A DNA stretch of 64,000 nucleotides from the human T2T-CHM13v2.0 reference genome, Homo sapiens. A program made the translations under genes and the position numbers. The stretch lies in the NCBI RefSeq assembly GCF_009914755.1, contig NC_060938.1. The stretch is one strand, 5' to 3'. This document shows, piece after piece, positions 58,107-64,000 of the stretch; the first letter of the stretch is position 1; each line of letters begins with the position of its first letter. The notes beneath the pieces were generated by a model. It did not search any database and was not told the DNA's origin. It worked only from the letters and a program-made list of their open reading frames with translations.

Positions 58107-58691
58107 AAAGACAGTGTGGCGATTCCTCAAGGATCTAGAACTAGAAATACCATTTGACCCAGCAATCCCATTACTGGGTATATACCCAAAGGATTACAAA
58201 TCATGCTACTATAAAGACACATGTACATGTATGTTTATTGCAGCACTACTCATAATAGCAAAGACTTGGATCCAACCCAAATGTCCATCAATGATAGACT
58301 GGATGAAGAAAATGTGGCACATATACACCATGGAATACTACACAGCCATAAAAAGGATGAGTTCATGTCCTTTGCAGGGACATGGATGAAACTGGAAACC
58401 ATCATTCTCAGCAAACTATCACAAGGACAGAAAACCAAACACTGTGTGTTCTCATTCATAGGTGAGAATTGAACAATGAGAACACCTGGACACAGGGCGG
58501 GGAACATCACACACCAGGGCCTGTTGGGGGTTGGGGGCTGGGGGAGGGATAGCATTGGGAGAAATACCTAATGTAAATGACGAGTTGTTTTGGGGGACAC
58601 CAACATGGCACATGTATACCTATGTATCAAACCTGCACGTTGTGCACATATGCCCTAGAACTTAAAGTATACTTTAAAAAAAGAAAAGAAA
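58107..58691 (+). mobile_element. 5'-truncated L1PA (L1PA5/6-like) 3' end
   Basis: 'aagacagtgtggcgattcctcaagg...aatgtaaatgacgagttg' plus an A tail. TSD agaaatgtcttccac (58089-58103 / 58692-58706). Confidence 0.93.
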
Positions 58692-59065
58692 AGAAATGTC
58701 TTCCACTGGATACCCTAAATCATCTCACTCAAGTTCAAAGTTCCACAGATCCCTAGAGCAGGGGCACAATGCTGCCAGTCTGTTTGCTAAAGCACAGTAA
58801 GTGTGACCTTTGCTCCAGTTCCTAATAAGTTCCTCGTCTCCATCTGATACTTCCTCAGCCTGGACTTCACTGTTCATATCACTAACAGCGTTTTGGTCAC
58901 AACCATTCAACAAGTCTCTAGGAAGTTCCAAACTTTCCTTCATCTTTCTGTCGTCTTCTGAGACCTCCAAACTGTTCCAAATCTGCCTGTTAACCAGTTT
59001 TAAAGCTGCTTCAACATTTTCAGGTGTCTTTATAGCCATGCCCCACTTCTCTAGTACCAATTTTC

Positions 59066-59453
59066 TGTATTAGTCCATTCTCACACTGCTATAAAGATGC
59101 ACCTGAGACTGGGTCATTTATAAAGAAAGAGGTTTAGTTGGCTCATGGTTCCACAGGCTGTATAGGAAGCATGGCTGGGGAGGTCTCAGGAAACTTACAA
59201 TCATGGCAAAAGTCAAAGGTGAAGCCAGCACATCTTACATGGTTGGAGTAGGAGGAAAAGAGACAGAGTGAGGGGAGAAATGCTATGCACTTTTAAACAA
59301 CCAGATCTGTGAGAACTCACTCACTGTCATGAGAACAGCAAGGGGGAAATCTACCCCCATGATTCAATTACCTCCCACCAGGTCTCTTCCCAAATATTGG
59401 GAATTACTACTTGACATGAGATTTGGGTGAGGATGCACAGCCAAAATTGATCA
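59066..59453 (-). mobile_element. MSTA LTR (5' LTR of the truncated provirus)
   Basis: 'tgtattagtccattctcacactgctataaag...cttttaaacaaccagatc...gagatttggg..tca', directly abutting MST-int. Confidence 0.9.
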
Positions 59454-59894
59454 CCTATAGATATAAATGAGAATAAAATAGGGAAATAAAGATACAGGTG
59501 TCTGAAAGGAATGACTTAGGCAATGACTGAGATGCACTTCCCATGGGAGAAGGGAGCAGAAAGAGGATGCTCAAGTGTGAGGACAGGTGTCGCTGAGCAG
59601 GTGAAAGCAGTGGGACCTCAGTCCACTCATGGACAGAGACCATTGCCCAATCTCTCCACTCAGATATGTCACTGCTGTGTCTTATAGAATGGGTATAGTA
59701 AAGGGGGTAGAGTGTGGAAGAAGCACCCTTTACTTCTTTGAGAGGGCAGAAGAATTGACAGACGTTCCTATTTCATGGACCAAGGAACTCACTGGGGAGA
59801 AACATTTCTCTCTACTGATAAAATTCTGATTGGACTACTTAGAACTTCCTTATTTGTTTATGTCTCCCCACCATGACTGATCTCCTGGATTAAC

Positions 59895-60430
59895 CTGCCT
59901 ACTCAAAGTATGGGTGGCAGACCAGGGCATCAGCGTCATTTGAAGCTTGTTAAAAATGCAGAATCCTAGACCTACCTCAGACTTAGTGTTTTAGTTTGTT
60001 TTGTGCTGTTATAATGGAATACCTGAGACTGGGTAATTGTTAAAGAACTAAGATTTATTTCTTACAAGTCTGGAGGCTGAGAAGACCAAGATTGAGGAGC
60101 CAACATCTCACAAGGGCCTTTATGCTGCAGCATTCCATGACAGAAGGCAGAAGGGCAACAGAGGGTGAGAGAGAAAGCAAGAGATCATACTTGCAGCCTC
60201 AAGCCCTTTTATAACCAGCATTAGTCAATCCGTGAAGGTAGACTCTTCATGACCTAAGCACCTCCCATTAGTCCTGTCCTCCCAACACTGTTGAGTTGGG
60301 GAATAAGTTTCCAACACAGGCTTTTTGGGGGACACATTCAAGCCATAACACCTAGTAAATCAGAATCTGAATTTTAGTCAGATCCCCAGGTGAGTTCTAT
60401 GCATATTATAGTTTGAGCAGTGTTCTCTAG
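59895..60430. mobile_element. MER5A split by a MaLR LTR
   Basis: 'tactcaaagtatgg..gcttgttaaaaatgcagaatcc' before the LTR and 'aatcagaatctgaatttt..agatccccaggtga' after it. Confidence 0.72.
59987..60350 (-). mobile_element. MLT1A/MSTD-type solo LTR
   Basis: 'tgttttagtttgttttgtgctgttataatggaatacctgagactggg...gggggacacattcaagccataaca'. 5-bp TSD cttag / cctag. Confidence 0.85.
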
Positions 60431-60502
60431 GATATTCTCAGACCAAGTCAATTTTCTTGGCATATACTGCTTAATTTGTTCCATCAGTGAGATTCCTCTA
60501 GA

Positions 60503-60809
60503 CTGCTACTGTCCAAAAGGGAAGCCAGTAGCCACTTATTGCTATTAAACATTTGAGATGTCCCATCAGTGTAAAACATATACTGAATTTCAAAGACTTA
60601 ATAAACAAAAGCAAATGTAAAATATATTATTTTTTATATTAATTACATTTTGAAATAATACTTTAGAGATATTGGGTTAAATAAAATATATTATTAATAT
60701 TAATGTCATCTATTTGTTTTTACTTTTTTATCATGGCTTCTAGAAATTTAAAAATTATATATGTGTCCTCCATTTGTGGCTCAAATTATATCTTTACTGG
60801 CCAGCACTG
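60503..60809. mobile_element. MER33 hAT-Charlie MITE
   Basis: 'ctgtccaaaagggaagccagtagccact...tactgaatttcaaagactta...ctggccagcactg', flanked by ctctaga on both sides. Confidence 0.8.
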
Positions 60810-62279
60810 CTCTAGATCCCGGACTCTGCCTCCTCCTCTGAAATTGTATGACTCATACACCTGTCTCCATAGTAATTAACTTCCTGGCTGGAATCCCATG
60901 ATATTCACCCCTTGATATGACTAATAATCCCTTGGTCTGACAAGCCTTCTAGTCCTGGTCATCCCCATCAGGTTGTTAATGCTCTGGCAAAATGCAAATT
61001 TTTTTCTTAGTTTAGGTTTTGCTGTGGTCTGAAAACGCCCTATAAATAAAAGAACAGAGACCAGGGGTCTAGTTCAGACTAAGCCTTTAACGTTTTACAT
61101 TCTCTATGACCTTGGCCACGGTATTTTACCTCTCAGTATCTCTTCCTCCAACCTAACCCTGTTATCTGAAAAGTGAGAGGTTTGAACTAGAAAATCTTTA
61201 TGATTCTAGAAATTCCTAACACAAGCAATCGTTTATTCTCAGTTATAATTTATGCTCATTTACTATCACTCCAATTAGATTGTAAACTTCTTGAAGGCAG
61301 GCATTTTATCTTATAATTCTACCTCTAACTACTTCTGCTACGACTGACCTTCAGGGTTCTCAACAATTGTCTTTGATGATGACTTTTGTGCTGAAAAACA
61401 AAGCACTTATTCAGCTAATCTAAGCTTTAGAAAAAACTTGAGGTCCTATAAACAGACATAATCCACAAGCAGTTGCATTTTGAGGTAAATCATGCCTGCC
61501 TCCTTGTGTGTGCACATTTGTTTTTGAAAATTTGACCATCTGACTGTAACCTGAGGAATCTTGGTTAAACATTTCTTTATGCAAAACAAAGAATGTTGAG
61601 TAGTTAAATATTTTACCTCTGAGGCTAAAATTGGGTTATTTTTTGTTTCCTCCCCTCTGAATATTTAAGGTGGAAAACCAAGTGTTAATGTTCAAATGAT
61701 TTCCAGAGACAAAAATCCCATCATCTATGAAAGTATAGTGGTTACCTTTGGATGGTTAATTAATTCAGCAAACATGGATTACACACCTTCTATTGTAACT
61801 GAATGAGTCAGCAATCTTTGCTGAGAATCTTCTAAATATGGAGAGCCCTTAGGTAATACAGAGGAAATTGAAGACCAGTCCTTCTTCTCAAGCATCTTAC
61901 AACCTCGTTGAGGAAAACCGAACACATAAATTGAAGAGAACTAAATGGATATTTGCACAATACAATAGTAAAGAATGAATATTTGTTGAGCTCCTGCTAT
62001 ATGCAAAGTGCACAGCAGATACTAATAGGAACAAGGCTAACATACGCACTCTCAACCTAAGTTCGGGTGCTAAAGATTCAAAGGGAGATCAGATTAGCTG
62101 GATACTCAAAGGGTTAAGGAATTGTTTGAAAAAGTAGGAAGCCAGGAGAAGGCAACTGTGCTGCTGGCAGCAGGGCAGATCTAAGGACCTTCAGGTAGCA
62201 GTGCAGTTCAATCCTTTGCCCAGAGAAACTGGAAAAGATAGGAAACCCCAGAAAGGGAGTTCAATCATCTGAAGTCCAC

Positions 62280-62465
62280 CTGTGGCCCTGTGGTTTGAAG
62301 ACCACCTGTGGAGAATCACTTGGTAATCTTGTTGTAAATGCAGACTTCTCTAGCCTACTCCAGGGCCATCACATCAGAACCTTTGAGGGTGAGCTCCAAA
62401 AATCTGCACTTTGAATACACTGCAGGTGATTCTTATGCACACAGAAGTTCCCAAACCACACATTT
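62280..62465. mobile_element. MER5-family MITE
   Basis: 'agaatcacttggtaatcttgttgtaaatgcagac...atctgcactttgaa..aggtgattcttatgcac'. Confidence 0.7.
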
Positions 62466-62517
62466 AATGAGAACAAGGGTATCAGATTGATTCTGACCCA
62501 AGCTTGAGGCCTGTCTT

Positions 62518-62686
62518 TTTTCCTTCTTCTTTTTTTCTTTTGAGACAGGGTCTTACTCTATCACTCAGGCTAGAGTGCAGCAGTGCCATCAGCTCACTGC
62601 AGTGTCAACCTCCTGGGCTCAAGTGATCATCCTGCCTCAGCCTCCCAAAATGCTGGGATTACAGGCATGCACCACCATGCCTGGCC
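62518..62686 (-). mobile_element. Free right Alu monomer (FRAM/AluJ monomer)
   Basis: Single right-arm-length monomer with poly(T). Flanking direct repeat aggcctgtctt (62507-62517 / 62693-62703). Confidence 0.82.
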
Positions 62687-62734
62687 AAAACCAGGCCTGT
62701 CTTCACAAACTTAATGATCAATTGTCCCCCTCCT

Positions 62735-63260
62735 TCTGTACAACCTCTCTAAGCTGCAGTGTCCCTATCCATCAAATGGAAAAAATAAATACTACTTACC
62801 TATAGTCTCGTTGTGAGGATCAAATGATGAACAACCTAAGATGCTTAGATGTAGTGTGCACTCAATAAGTGCAATAAAAACTATAATAAGCTCAAAAAGA
62901 ATTCATTAAACAGGTGAACAGGTAAAGGAGATGTGATGACAAAATGAGACAGAAGAAAATTCTGAAAGGGCAGAGTTAGAAGTCCAAGCAGGAGGCTGGT
63001 GCTCTCAGATTGTGTTTCCAATGATAACCTCCAGTTACCGACACAATGTCTATGTGCCAGGTTACATTCACATTGACTCAAATGACCCTTAAAGCCACCC
63101 TGTGAAGTAGGAATTTAATAGGACGTTAGCTAAAGATTGGCAAGGTTAAGCCTCTTGAGCAAAGCAACCCAGCTAGTAAGACATACAACACACATTAGGG
63201 AGTAATTTGTGTTACCATCAAATGGCAATAATCCAACTGTGAAGCACCCAGCATGCCTTT
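62735..63260. mobile_element. MIR fragments (62735-62880 plus; 63050-63260 minus)
   Basis: 'cagtgtccctatccatcaaatgg..gttgtgaggatcaaatga' and 'ccaccctgtgaagtagg..aggttaag'. Confidence 0.6.
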
Positions 63261-63664
63261 CTCTGGACGGAGATGAGCCAGGCCAACACCAAGCAAGCTC
63301 TGCAATAGAGCCACATTCTGAGACTAAAGAGTACACAAAGGTATCAGGGCTCAGGAATGTGGGGTCAACAGTAGAGCCGTATTACACAGTCTGCCAAGAA
63401 CTTTCCTTATCGCCCAAACTATTGTTAGTACCCATAGAGATGGGGAAATAGCAGACATTTATTTCCTGCCACATTTCTAAAAGTGATGAAATTTAAACCA
63501 CTGTCCTGTTACTCTTCAGTCATGATTTGCTATTAGTATTAAGTGAAAATGCCACATTTCACAGTATTTTTGATACAGGTGGGTAGGGTTCAAAATCCAA
63601 ATACAGAAACAAGAGCTCTGAAAGGATCACAGTCTGCCTAGGAAGGAGACTATAATGGACACTT

Positions 63665-64000
63665 GTGTTGCCTAGCCAGCATCCATTCCCCCATCTTCTG
63701 TACTAACACCCTTCTTTTCATTTGGGTACCACTTCCCTCACCTAAATTCTCCTGGTTTTGGTTCGAACTGGTTCAATCAAGAGCTGATCTGAAAGGTTGC
63801 ATTGCAATATCAGGAAAGAAAAGGTTTTCTTCTGCTGGGATTGGATTTGTCAGGGAATAGCCAGTTTGGCCAAGCCCACCTCATGGAGGAAGTTGGAAGT
63901 TTGCACCACTGGATCCACACATGCCAAAAGTTCCACCCCTAGACATTTCAGGTCTGTGGGCCAATGATTTCTTTTCTCTAAGTCTGATTAAATAAGAAGT
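63665..64000 (+). mobile_element. Old ERVL/MaLR LTR relic (LTR16/MLT1J-like)
   Basis: 'cagcatccattcccccatcttctg..ctggatccacacatgcca..cctagacatttcaggtctgtgggccaat'. Confidence 0.5.

Larger units (their letters stand above)
57225..59065 (-). mobile_element. MST-int (MaLR internal region), 3'-truncated, interrupted by AluY and L1PA
   Basis: MaLR gag-like ORF pieces at 58725..59060(-) 'PENVEAAL..WNSLEVSEDDRKM..NWSKGH..LCPCSRDLWNFELE' and 57897..58130(-) 'EDISKQQSIQDVAWLLL'. Confidence 0.88.

Overview
Primate (human-like) genomic DNA, AT-rich, with no CpG island and no recognisable host protein-coding exon, rRNA or tRNA, so it is intergenic or deep intronic. About half or more is transposable-element relic: a full-length but dead L1PA7-like element (18143-24576) with a 15-bp TSD; a twin-primed, inverted L1PA (36017-37590); a 5'-complete L1PB lacking ~2.7 kb of ORF2 (48835-52915), nested in an older L1M; a truncated MSTA provirus that hosts an AluY and an L1PA 3' end; seven Alu dimers and two monomers; several ERV1/ERVL/MaLR LTRs; hAT and TcMar DNA-transposon relics; and MIR/L2 fragments. 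The long ORFs I can assign are L1 ORF1/ORF2 or MaLR gag-like pieces. Subfamily names are from recalled consensus features, not from a RepeatMasker run. I see no new multi-gene system. The best unexplained signals are a near-perfect 37-bp inverted repeat in unique DNA (28951-29054), an in-frame RT-deleting junction in the L1PB ORF2, a ~66-bp dispersed duplication (18050/26178) and an orphan MST fragment inside another LTR.
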